From: Gemmatimonadota bacterium
GTDB lineage: Bacteria > Latescibacterota > UBA2968 > UBA8231
Direction: 5' to 3'
Length of the DNA stretch: 64,000 bases
Assembly (NCBI GenBank): GCA_038128265.1
Contig: JAYPJE010000015.1
Location: 17,255 to 81,254, forward strand
Part shown: positions 46,124 through 54,964 of the stretch, piece after piece
Position numbering within the stretch: the stretch's first letter is position 1
How the letters are laid out: every line of letters starts with the position of its first letter
The notes under the pieces: generated by a model
The model's input: only the letters and a program-made list of their open reading frames with translations
Databases searched by the model: none
What the model was told of the DNA's origin: nothing
Made by a program: the position numbers and the translations under genes

Positions 46124-48007
46124 TCAGGCGAAGAGCACGTATTCTCTGAGGAAGGCATCGACGTCGCGATAAAATTGCTCGATGGTTTCGGGGCGTCGCC
46201 AGCCGTGTCCTTCGCCCTCGTAGAGGTGATAGACATGCGGAACGCCGCGCTGACGCAGGCTGGCCACGATCTCTTCGGCCTGTGCTGGCGGCACGACGCG
46301 GTCTGCGCTTCCCTGAAATATGGCTATGGGGTCGCGCATGGCATCGGCGCAAAAAATCGGCGAGCGCTCGCGGTAGGTCGGAGCGGCATCGGGCAGTGGG
46401 CCCAGCAGGGAATCGAGATAGCGCGCCTCGAATTTGTGCGTATCGGCGGCCAGGCTAAAGAGATTGGAAATTCCATACAGGCAGAGTCCGGCGCGGAAAA
46501 AGCCGGGGTGGACGGCGAGCGCGCGCAGCACGGTGTAGCCGCCGGCGCTGCCGCCGCACAGCACGAGGCGCTGCCCGTCGGCCAGGCCCTCGTCGCACAG
46601 ATGCTGGGCGCCGCTCAGGGCATCTTCTACGTCGGACACGCCCCAATTGCCGCGCAGTGCTTCCATGTAGGGCCGGCCGTGCCCGGTGCTGCCGCGATAA
46701 TCGAGGTCGAGAAAGGCCCAGCCGCGCGTGGCAAAGTACTGGGCGCGCGCTTCAAAGCCCATTTCGACGGCTGAGGTCGGTCCGCCGTGCACGTTTACGA
46801 CAAGCGGCGGTTTGCCGCTGCCGACAAAGCGCTGGCTGGTTGGTGGGTAGTAAAGGCCGTATACGGGATCGCCGTCGGCGGTTTTCCATGAAATCGGCTC
46901 GGGTCTCGACAGCGCTTCGGGTGGTAGCGATTCGCTGCTGGAACGCGCGCGGACGTGTGCCTTATCTGCGCTGCAGACGACGATGCGCGCCGGAATAGCC
47001 GGTCCGGAGGCAATGCAGGCCAGGGTGCGTCCGCGCGGCGCGGGAGTCAGCTGTTCGACGTGGTCGTATGCGGCCAAGGCGTCGACCGGTGCGGTGGCGC
47101 CGCTCTCCACGTCCAGGCGATAGGCGCGCCGGCCGCCGCGCTCGCTGCGCACAAAAAAGAGCGCACCGTCTGCGGAAAAGCCCAATGCGCGCAGCCCTTG
47201 GATCCAAGCCGGTGTCGCCACGTCAAAGGGCTCTGTGCTGAGGCAGCGGTCTTGCCCCGTCGCCAGGTCGCGACACCACAGCTGGCTCCAGCCGCTGCGA
47301 TCCGAGGCGTATACGAGGTGGCGGCCATCGGGAGAAAAGCAGGGCTGAGAAACCGATTCGGCACGGTCTCCGGCCACCGTGATCTGCTCCTTGACAAAAG
47401 GCTGGTCGTCCGCGCGAAAGCCGATTTGGGCGAGCACGAGGCGCGACCCGTCCCAGGGCATCTGCGGGTGGTCCCACTCGACCCACGCCAGCATGCGTCC
47501 CCTGGGATGCCAGCACGGCTGCATGTAGAAATCGGCGCCCTCGACCAGGATCTGTGGCCAGCGCATGCCTTCGGCATCAACTGCGGCGAGGCGGTCGACG
47601 TCGTCGGTGCTGTGCACATAGACAAGGTGGCGTCCATTGGGGGAAGGCGTCGGCGCCGCCGCGTGACCAAAGGGCGGCGTGATCGGCTGCGCCGCTCCTG
47701 CTACCAACGGCTGCTTGTAGATGCGCCCGCTGTTTTCGACGAAGTAGACGTGGCCGCTGGAGACGGCAAAGTCGCCGCCGCCGTAGCCCACCTGAGCCCG
47801 CACCGATAGGTCGCTGTTGAGATCGCGCGGTGCGCTGGTGCCGTGCTGACAGACGAGCGCGCCGTGCGATCCGCGTCCCTCCAACCAGACGAGCGTTTGT
47901 CCGTCTGAGTCCCAGGCTACGTCGCGCAGGCGTTTGGCTTGCGATAAGGCGACCGGATCCAGGTCGCTGGTCCAGAGGCCAAAGGGACGCTCTTGGCGAT
48001 CAGACAT
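46124..48007 (-). CDS. S9 family (prolyl oligopeptidase-like) peptidase
   Basis: HGGPT, YRGSTG, GGSAGG, FQG.ADRVVP, EGHG; N-terminal propeller. Confidence 0.92.
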   Translation of the reverse strand: MSDRQERPFGLWTSDLDPVALSQAKRLRDVAWDSDGQTLVWLEGRGSHGALVCQHGTSAPRDLNSDLSVRAQVGYGGGDFAVSSGHVYFVENSGRIYKQPLVAGAAQPITPPFGHAAAPTPSPNGRHLVYVHSTDDVDRLAAVDAEGMRWPQILVEGADFYMQPCWHPRGRMLAWVEWDHPQMPWDGSRLVLAQIGFRADDQPFVKEQITVAGDRAESVSQPCFSPDGRHLVYASDRSGWSQLWCRDLATGQDRCLSTEPFDVATPAWIQGLRALGFSADGALFFVRSERGGRRAYRLDVESGATAPVDALAAYDHVEQLTPAPRGRTLACIASGPAIPARIVVCSADKAHVRARSSSESLPPEALSRPEPISWKTADGDPVYGLYYPPTSQRFVGSGKPPLVVNVHGGPTSAVEMGFEARAQYFATRGWAFLDLDYRGSTGHGRPYMEALRGNWGVSDVEDALSGAQHLCDEGLADGQRLVLCGGSAGGYTVLRALAVHPGFFRAGLCLYGISNLFSLAADTHKFEARYLDSLLGPLPDAAPTYRERSPIFCADAMRDPIAIFQGSADRVVPPAQAEEIVASLRQRGVPHVYHLYEGEGHGWRRPETIEQFYRDVDAFLREYVLFA

Positions 48008-48374
48008 TCTCCATCAATTCAATTTTTACGTTGTCGGGCCCGTTGATAAAAACGATGCGCATGCCGTTTTCCAACTGCACCGGGCCCATCCAGATGGAGA
48101 CGCCGTGTTGCTCAATTTCGGCCAGCGTGGCGTCAAAGTCGTCGGTGACGAGGGCGAAGTGGTCGAGCCCCTGGTAGCGGCCCAGTTCCATATCGGTAAA
48201 ATCGCGGTCGGTAACGGTAATTTGCACCGAACCTATATAGACCTGAACCCACGTGGCGCCGCCGCGTTCGAAGGGGGCATCGGCCGTCGCGTTAAAAAAT
48301 TGCTTGTACCAGGCGACGGTTTCGTCGACGTTTTTCGTCTCGTGATGAATGTGGTTGAACGTGTAGTTGGGCAT
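48000..48374 (-). CDS. VOC (glyoxalase) family protein
   Basis: FNHIH, GLDHFAL, FINGPDNVKIEL. Confidence 0.9.
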   Translation of the reverse strand: MPNYTFNHIHHETKNVDETVAWYKQFFNATADAPFERGGATWVQVYIGSVQITVTDRDFTDMELGRYQGLDHFALVTDDFDATLAEIEQHGVSIWMGPVQLENGMRIVFINGPDNVKIELMENV

Positions 48375-48386
48375 GGATGTCCTCGT

Positions 48387-49532
48387 TTATTGGAGTGGTT
48401 TTTTGCGAAAGCGAGCGTAGGCATCGCTCTCAAGGAGTTCGCTGAGGGCGATGCGCTGGCCGCCCAATTCGTCCGAGGCGTTGGCACCGAGCACGGCGGC
48501 ATGGCTGTTGATACTCGATGCGAACGTGTTGCGCAGCGGTTCCTCGCTTTGCTCGCTAACGGCTTGGACAAAGGCGCGGCTGATTTCTAGCGTGTTGTTG
48601 TTGCGCGCGCCCAGCGCCAGCGGATGGCGCAGAGAGGCCTGATCGACGTGGCCTTCGGGCGGATAGGGGCCGTCATAGTAATAGGCGACGGGACCATCGC
48701 TCTCCAGCTTTAAGTGACCGCGATCCCACGTTATATCCTGGTAGGAATCGCCCCAGAAGGTCTTGCGCAGGCGGCACATCATCAAATTGGCCACCATGCC
48801 GCAGGCAAACCCATAGGTGACCGAATAGGCATAGGGGTTGTCGCCGCCGTCTTCTATATCGTCTTCGTCGCGATGGATATAGCGCGCCTCTACCCAGTCG
48901 ATATCACCGGCCCAGTAGCGCATTAGGTCCGTCTGGTGAATGCCCGCTTCGACGATGGTGCCGCCCGACCAGGAGCGATTGGCAGCCCACACGCGGTTCT
49001 GCGGGCCGCCGACGGTCTCGGTGCGGGTGTGCTTGACCGAGTGCGATTCAAGCGTGCCATTGACTACGTTGGTCATCATCACTAGTCGTTTATCGGCGAG
49101 AAAGTCGCGCATGCCGGCATGCCAGTTATCGTGGCGTTGGTTAAAGCCGACGGTAGATAGTACGCCCGCTCGTTCTATGGCATGCTGCATTTCCAAGGCC
49201 TCGTCGAGAAAGAGGCTGACGGGCTTTTCGACAAAGAGATGCACGCCCTTTTCCGCTGCGCGCAGGACCTCGCCGTCGTGCAGCGAAGGGGGGATGGCAA
49301 AATAGATCGCATCGAGGTCGCCCGCGGCAAAGAAGTCGGCAAAGCGAGTATAGGTGCGCGTATTGCCCATGCTAAATCCGTCGACGTAGCGGGCGATTTT
49401 ATCCTCGGCGAGATTTTCTGGGGACGGGTCGCACAGCGCCGCAATTTCGGCGTCTTCAATTTGCCAGAGTGAACTGAGGTGCTGAAGGCCGCGCTGGCCA
49501 AGGCCAACGATGCCAATTTTTACTGCGCTCAT
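48387..49532 (-). CDS. Gfo/Idh/MocA family oxidoreductase
   Basis: IGIVGLGQRG, LFVEKP, SGGTIVEAGIHQTD. Confidence 0.9.
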   Translation of the reverse strand: MSAVKIGIVGLGQRGLQHLSSLWQIEDAEIAALCDPSPENLAEDKIARYVDGFSMGNTRTYTRFADFFAAGDLDAIYFAIPPSLHDGEVLRAAEKGVHLFVEKPVSLFLDEALEMQHAIERAGVLSTVGFNQRHDNWHAGMRDFLADKRLVMMTNVVNGTLESHSVKHTRTETVGGPQNRVWAANRSWSGGTIVEAGIHQTDLMRYWAGDIDWVEARYIHRDEDDIEDGGDNPYAYSVTYGFACGMVANLMMCRLRKTFWGDSYQDITWDRGHLKLESDGPVAYYYDGPYPPEGHVDQASLRHPLALGARNNNTLEISRAFVQAVSEQSEEPLRNTFASSINSHAAVLGANASDELGGQRIALSELLESDAYARFRKKPLQ

Positions 49533-49651
49533 GACGTATCTCCTGTGGCGATGCGCCGCTGAAAGTTTGCAAAAAATGTGGTGCTGTCAAGAGGCGTTTG
49601 CCGTGTGTTAGATATATGTGTACAATTGTTGAGAGGACGAAAAAAACAGGT

Positions 49652-50203
49652 ATGAGTCAGCGCATAGTAGACCCCGAATGGGAAAATATATTTCGCGATG
49701 TCGGCGACGAGCGTGCGTCTATTGTCGAGGTGCTCGGTCACGTTCCCATCTTTAGTCTACTCAGTCGGAGCGAGCGCCTGCTCATTGCGCGCGCCGTGCA
49801 CGTGCGCCACTATGCCGAGGGCGAAGTGGTTGTGCGCCGTGGCGTTCCGCAGTCGGGATTCTACGTCATACACAGCGGATCTGTCGACATCGTGCACGGC
49901 GATGGCCACGTTGTCGGCACGCTCAACTCGCTGGAACTCATTGGCGAATTTGCCCTGCTCAACGACAGTCCGCGCTCGTCGTCTCTGGTGGCGGCAGAGC
50001 CGAGCGAACTGATTGGCTTTTTTAAGCCGGACCTAATGAACATACTCGTGACGCGACCGGCATTGGGCTGCAAGATTATTCTGCGCCTGGCCGAGGAGAT
50101 GGCGCAGAGCCTACAGGCCGACTACGTGCGCCTGCGCGCCATGGGGTATCCCTTTGTCGCCGGTCGAGACGCCAGAGCGGAAATGGATCCAACGGCCCTG
50201 TGA
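49652..50203 (+). CDS. Stand-alone cyclic-nucleotide-binding domain protein
   Basis: VPIFS.L, FYVIHSG.V, IGEFALL..SPRSS; no C-terminal HTH seen. Confidence 0.88.
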   Translation: MSQRIVDPEWENIFRDVGDERASIVEVLGHVPIFSLLSRSERLLIARAVHVRHYAEGEVVVRRGVPQSGFYVIHSGSVDIVHGDGHVVGTLNSLELIGEFALLNDSPRSSSLVAAEPSELIGFFKPDLMNILVTRPALGCKIILRLAEEMAQSLQADYVRLRAMGYPFVAGRDARAEMDPTAL

Positions 50204-50565
50204 ATAAAAAGAAAAAGAGCGCATCCCAAAAGGGAGTGAACGGCAAGCCTAAAGGCGCGAAGTCTTCGCTGCTTACGCGCCTGTTTGGCGCAAAGAAAAA
50301 GGGGGACAAGGCGAAAAAGTCGGCGCCCAAAGCCAAGGCAAAGCCGCTGACCCCGCTGCAGCGCTCCATTGCCGAAATTCAGCAGATGACCAAGATCGGT
50401 CAGCGCGACCCAGAGCGGCTAGCGCAGTTGCTCGTCACGATGTTGGGAAAAGAGCGCGCCAGAGAAGAGGCCGACAAACAGCAGTTTGACCAACAGGTGT
50501 GGGATATCATTCACCGCGACGAGGAAAAAGGAGCGGGGGATGCCGCCCAAGGCGAATCCCCCTAA
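50200..50565 (+). CDS. Hypothetical Lys-rich small protein
   Basis: GTG start overlapping the upstream stop (GTGA); 121 aa. Confidence 0.7.
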   Translation: MNKKKKSASQKGVNGKPKGAKSSLLTRLFGAKKKGDKAKKSAPKAKAKPLTPLQRSIAEIQQMTKIGQRDPERLAQLLVTMLGKERAREEADKQQFDQQVWDIIHRDEEKGAGDAAQGESP

Positions 50566-50621
50566 GCTCTGCTTTGCGACCCGGTCGTGAGTGTATCTTA
50601 GCTGACCGACTATGCCCTCCT

Positions 50622-51443
50622 TCAGGCGAGCGCGTCGCAGATGCCCTTCAGATAGTGCAAGCTGCCGGCTGCAATGGTGCGCGGGTCGGGAGCAAAATCA
50701 AATACTTCTACGGACACATAGCGCTGGTAGTTTAGCTCTTTGAGCGTTTTTATTACCGAGGTGAAGTCCGTCTCGCCGAAGCCGGGACCGCGCTTGTTGG
50801 CGTCGTTGACGTGCACGTGGTATAGGTGCTCGCCCGAGTCGCGAAGGAGTTGGGAAACGGCCACGTCTTCAGTGGAGCCCGAGCACACGTCGACCATGGT
50901 GCGGAAGTTGGGGTGGTCTATTTCGGCGACCATGCGCCGTGCCTCCTCGCAGGTCGATATGATATTGGTCTGCGCCTTGCTGAGCGATTCGATGCACAGG
51001 TAGACGCCGTGCGCTTCGGCCAAGTCGAGGCTGGCCTCAAAGGCGGCGCGCATGCGCTGCCAGCACGCATCCCGGTCCCAGCCCTCCTGCACGTTGCGCT
51101 GCATGGGTGAGCCGATAATCATCACCTGGCCTCCGAGATCGCCGCAGAACTGCACCAAGCTTCTGAAATAGGCGCTCGTGCGCTGGTAGATGGCTTCGTC
51201 TGGATGCGTTATATACAGCCCTTCCGGGCTGGCCAGTAGCCAGTGTAGGCCAACGATTTCCACGCCGCTGCGCTCGGCCGCTGCGCGTATCTGACTGCGG
51301 CGCTGGGCGGATATATCCTCGACGCTTTTCTCAATGGCAAATGGAGCGATTTCCACTCCGTCGTAGCCGAGATCGGCCGCATAGGAAAAGACGTCCTCGA
51401 TTTCCCATCCTTCAAAGTACTCGTTGCACGTGGCAAATTTCAT
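50622..51443 (-). CDS. Sugar phosphate isomerase/epimerase (xylose isomerase-like TIM barrel)
   Basis: GYDGVEIAP, GSP.QR, HVHVND.N.RGPG.G, VSVEVF; start placed at ATG 51443. Confidence 0.9.
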   Translation of the reverse strand: MKFATCNEYFEGWEIEDVFSYAADLGYDGVEIAPFAIEKSVEDISAQRRSQIRAAAERSGVEIVGLHWLLASPEGLYITHPDEAIYQRTSAYFRSLVQFCGDLGGQVMIIGSPMQRNVQEGWDRDACWQRMRAAFEASLDLAEAHGVYLCIESLSKAQTNIISTCEEARRMVAEIDHPNFRTMVDVCSGSTEDVAVSQLLRDSGEHLYHVHVNDANKRGPGFGETDFTSVIKTLKELNYQRYVSVEVFDFAPDPRTIAAGSLHYLKGICDALA

Positions 51444-51679
51444 GCGATATCTCCGGTGAGTGCGTGCCGGCAGGCCTCGTACCGGCGCGCGCTTGCAGGG
51501 CGTGACGCTAGACCAGCGCATGAAAAGATACTAGATGAGCAGATCCTTTCAAGAGCTTGGTGTGGGAGCGTGTAGCGCGGGAGGCGCAATTGGTTCGATA
51601 CCGTTACGCGCTACCGCCCAATCCATCTGTGTAGCCAGACGGCACGCGCGTTGCATGGTCGCTGTAAAAGGAGGCGATT

Positions 51680-53215
51680 ATGTGGACGATACTCTTCGCG
51701 CTGTTTGCATCGGTTCCGTCCGCGTTAGGAGCGGCCGATGGTGAAGAGGAGCGCGCGGTGCTGCTGCGCATTCTTGACGACGAGCGCAGTGGAGACCGTC
51801 TGCGCGTGCGCTGGCGCCTGCGCGGTTGGGATGGCGTGCAGGCATATCAGCGCGTAGAGTGGCAAGACAGCACGCGCGCACTCTTTGCGCTACACGAGCG
51901 CGATGCCGGCGAAGCGTGGTGGGACTTTGTATCCCTACACTACGCGCAGCAAGGGCGTTGGGGCGAATGGGCGATAGGCGATATTCAGCCGAAAGTAGCA
52001 GGTGGGCTGCTGTGGGGGCGCGGTCGGCACAGCAGTCCAACGGCGCGTTGGTCGCTGCGCGAAAGCCGCCATTTGGGCTACCGTTCGGCGGTGGAAAACG
52101 GCGTCGTGCGCGGCGTGGCATGGCGTCAGCGCGCTGGAGCGTGGCAGTGGCTAACGCTAGCCGGACGGGCGCAATTTGATGCGCGCAGCGACGATACTGG
52201 GCGCATTGTATCGCTGCCGGAGAGCGGGCGGCACGTGTCGCCCGTCGAACGCCGGGGCCGCGATGCGCTCAGCGCCGGTGTGGGCGGACTGAGCCTGCGG
52301 CGCACGATAGGCGACAGCCACCTAGGTGCCGTGCTGCAGTTTGTGCACTTTTCGCGCCGTCTGGATCTGCGCCGGCGGGGACGCACGCCGTGGGATTTTG
52401 TCGGCAACAGGCAGATGCTCTGGTCTGCCGATGCCGCGTTGCGTTCAAGCATAGGTGAGTGGATGGGCGAGTTGGGGTGTGATGCCGATGGGCACTGCGC
52501 CGGCTTGGGACAGTGGCAGCTGCGCCGAGGCAGGCGATACGCTCGGCTACTCGTGCGCTATTATCCGGCCGAGTTCCGCTCCTTCTTTTCTGCCGTGCCA
52601 AGCGCGTCGACGGCGCAAAACGAAATCGGCGCAGCCCTAGTGGTGGGCGTTCGAGGGTTGAAGGCGTACGCCGACATCAATCGACGGCCCAAGCGTTCAT
52701 ACTTTTTGCCCGTGGCGTCTACTCACCTAGCTTGGGGAGGCGAGGGCCGCTGGCGCGTGGGTATCGGGCGCGTGCGCATTGTCCTGCGCGGCGTGCGCCG
52801 GCCAGCGTGGGCCGATGGGGCGTTGCGCGCAGAATACCGGCTGCGCGGCTACGTCGAAGCCGAATGCGGCCAGTGGACAGCGCAGAGTCAACTGGTGCAC
52901 TGGCGAAGAAGGGGGACACCGGTCGAGTGGGGACGGGCGCTGTCTCTGCGCTGGCGCATGCAGCGACGCGCGTGGCGCGGGCATATCCACGCAAGCGCCT
53001 TCCTATCGGATTCCTTTGCCAGTCGTCTTTACGAGTATGAATACGACGTGCCTGGCACTGTGACTATCCGGACTCTCTACGGACGCGGAGAGCGGGTCTA
53101 TGCCTTGGTTAGCAGGCGCTGGGGACGCGCAAACATAGCCGTGCGCTATCGACTGCAGCGCGATGTGCGCTGGCGCCATTACGCAGGGGGGCTAGTTGAA
53201 TGGACCGCTAATTGA
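51680..53215 (+). CDS. Hypothetical outer-membrane beta-barrel-like protein
   Basis: Signal peptide, alternating aromatic/Arg beta-strand pattern, SRLYEYEYDVPG...LYGRGER motif; AAGGAGG RBS. Confidence 0.6.
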   Translation: MWTILFALFASVPSALGAADGEEERAVLLRILDDERSGDRLRVRWRLRGWDGVQAYQRVEWQDSTRALFALHERDAGEAWWDFVSLHYAQQGRWGEWAIGDIQPKVAGGLLWGRGRHSSPTARWSLRESRHLGYRSAVENGVVRGVAWRQRAGAWQWLTLAGRAQFDARSDDTGRIVSLPESGRHVSPVERRGRDALSAGVGGLSLRRTIGDSHLGAVLQFVHFSRRLDLRRRGRTPWDFVGNRQMLWSADAALRSSIGEWMGELGCDADGHCAGLGQWQLRRGRRYARLLVRYYPAEFRSFFSAVPSASTAQNEIGAALVVGVRGLKAYADINRRPKRSYFLPVASTHLAWGGEGRWRVGIGRVRIVLRGVRRPAWADGALRAEYRLRGYVEAECGQWTAQSQLVHWRRRGTPVEWGRALSLRWRMQRRAWRGHIHASAFLSDSFASRLYEYEYDVPGTVTIRTLYGRGERVYALVSRRWGRANIAVRYRLQRDVRWRHYAGGLVEWTAN

Positions 53216-53278
53216 CAAGGCGCATGGACATGGATAACTTCGCAATGACGCCCATTTTTACCCACTCCCAATCGCGCA

Positions 53279-54820
53279 ATGGCAACAGACGAAGAACGCC
53301 AATCGGCTCTGGAAGATCGGCTGCGCCGCCTCAACGAAATTGGCATCGCGCTCTCTTCCGTACAGAACAATCTCGGTGCCCTGCTCGAGCGAATTCTGCA
53401 GGAATCACGCCGCTTTACGCGCGCAGAGGCCGGTACGCTCTACCTAGTTAAGGGGGACGTTCTGACGTTTGAAATTGCGCAGAACGACAGGCTGCGCATC
53501 GCGCTGGGCGGCCGTCATGGCAAAGTCGATATTCCCCCGGTTCCGATTAACAGGGAGAGCGTGTCGGGCTATGTAGCGACGACGGGCGAGGTGCTCAATA
53601 TCGCCGACGTATACGCCGAGAGCGAAAGCCATTTTGAAGGGCCCAAGAGCTACGATCGCATGACGGGCTATCACACGCGATCACTCCTAGTCGTGCCCAT
53701 GCGCGATCACGAAAGCGACATTATCGGCGTGCTGCAGCTGCTCAACGCGCTCGATGTGGAGGGCAACGCCGTTGCCTTTTCCGACCAGGACGAGGCGCTG
53801 GTTGAATCGATGGCGTCGCAGGCGGCCGTGGCGATTAACAACGTGCGGCTCATCCGAGAGACGGAAGCGCTCTTTGAGGCCTTTGTTGAGGTGATGGCAA
53901 CGGCTATTGACGAGCGCTCTCCCTACACGGGCGGTCATATTCGCCGCGTCGCTGAACTGACAATGGTCGTCGCTCAAGCGGTTAACGAGTGTGCGGAAGG
54001 TCCGCTGGCCGAAGTGCAGTTTAGCGAAGACGAAATGGAAGAACTGCGCATCGCCGCCTGGATGCACGACATCGGAAAAATCACGACACCGGAATGGGTT
54101 GTCGATAAGCCGACCAAGCTGACGACCATATTCGACCGCGTGGAACTGCTGCGCGCGCGTTTTGCTCTCATGGTCCAGAGCGTAGAGCTGCAGGTGGCGC
54201 GCGGCCAGCTCGATGGGGAAGAAGGTGCGCGGCAGATAGCGGCTATCCAAGATGATGTGGCCTTTATAGAGCGCGCCAATATGCCGGGTGAGTTTATGGA
54301 AGAGGCCGATCTGCATCGGCTGGGTGAAATAGCCCAGCGGACCTACGAAATCAACGGTGAGGAACGGCCCTGTATCACCGAAGAGGAACTGGTCAACCTG
54401 CGCATACGCAAGGGCAGCCTCACGGATGCCGAGCGCCAGAAAATCAACGACCACGCCGCTATGAGCATGAAAATGCTTCGGCAAATTCCGTTTACGCGCA
54501 AGCTGCAGCGCGTGCCGGAAATTGCCGGCGCGCATCATGAAAAACTCGATGGCAGTGGCTATCCTCTGGGCCTCAAAGCCGACGAGATCGACCTGCAGTC
54601 ACGCATCCTCGCCCTGGTCGATATATTCGAATCGCTCTGTGCCGACGACCGGCCCTATCGGTCCAAGCCGATGCCGCGCGAAGTCGTTTTGCGCATTCTC
54701 GAGTCCATGGTGAACGACAACCATATCGATCGCGACGTGCATGCGCTTTTTCTGCGCGAGGGGCTCGACGCGAAGCTCGACGAAATCAAGGCGCAAATGG
54801 CTAGGGAACGGCGTGAGTGA
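53279..54820 (+). CDS. GAF + HD-GYP phosphodiesterase
   Basis: GAF (EAGTLYL, YHTRSLLVVPM, IGVLQLLN), HDIGKI, HHEKLDGSGYP, DRPY. Confidence 0.93.
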   Translation: MATDEERQSALEDRLRRLNEIGIALSSVQNNLGALLERILQESRRFTRAEAGTLYLVKGDVLTFEIAQNDRLRIALGGRHGKVDIPPVPINRESVSGYVATTGEVLNIADVYAESESHFEGPKSYDRMTGYHTRSLLVVPMRDHESDIIGVLQLLNALDVEGNAVAFSDQDEALVESMASQAAVAINNVRLIRETEALFEAFVEVMATAIDERSPYTGGHIRRVAELTMVVAQAVNECAEGPLAEVQFSEDEMEELRIAAWMHDIGKITTPEWVVDKPTKLTTIFDRVELLRARFALMVQSVELQVARGQLDGEEGARQIAAIQDDVAFIERANMPGEFMEEADLHRLGEIAQRTYEINGEERPCITEEELVNLRIRKGSLTDAERQKINDHAAMSMKMLRQIPFTRKLQRVPEIAGAHHEKLDGSGYPLGLKADEIDLQSRILALVDIFESLCADDRPYRSKPMPREVVLRILESMVNDNHIDRDVHALFLREGLDAKLDEIKAQMARERRE

Positions 54821-54843
54821 GGGGCGACTTCCCGTTCCTAAGA

Positions 54844-54883
54844 TCCGCTTTCCTAACCGACTAGAAAGCGGACTTTTCTTTTT
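54844..54883 (+). terminator. Intrinsic terminator
   Basis: TCCGCTTTC...GAAAGCGGA followed by CTTTTCTTTTT. Confidence 0.8.
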
Positions 54884-54964
54884 CCTCCATCGCACTGTCA
54901 GCGTCTATAGATAGACGAGTGTTGGACCTATTGTCCCCCTGCATATTTCGAGTATGTATATAGT

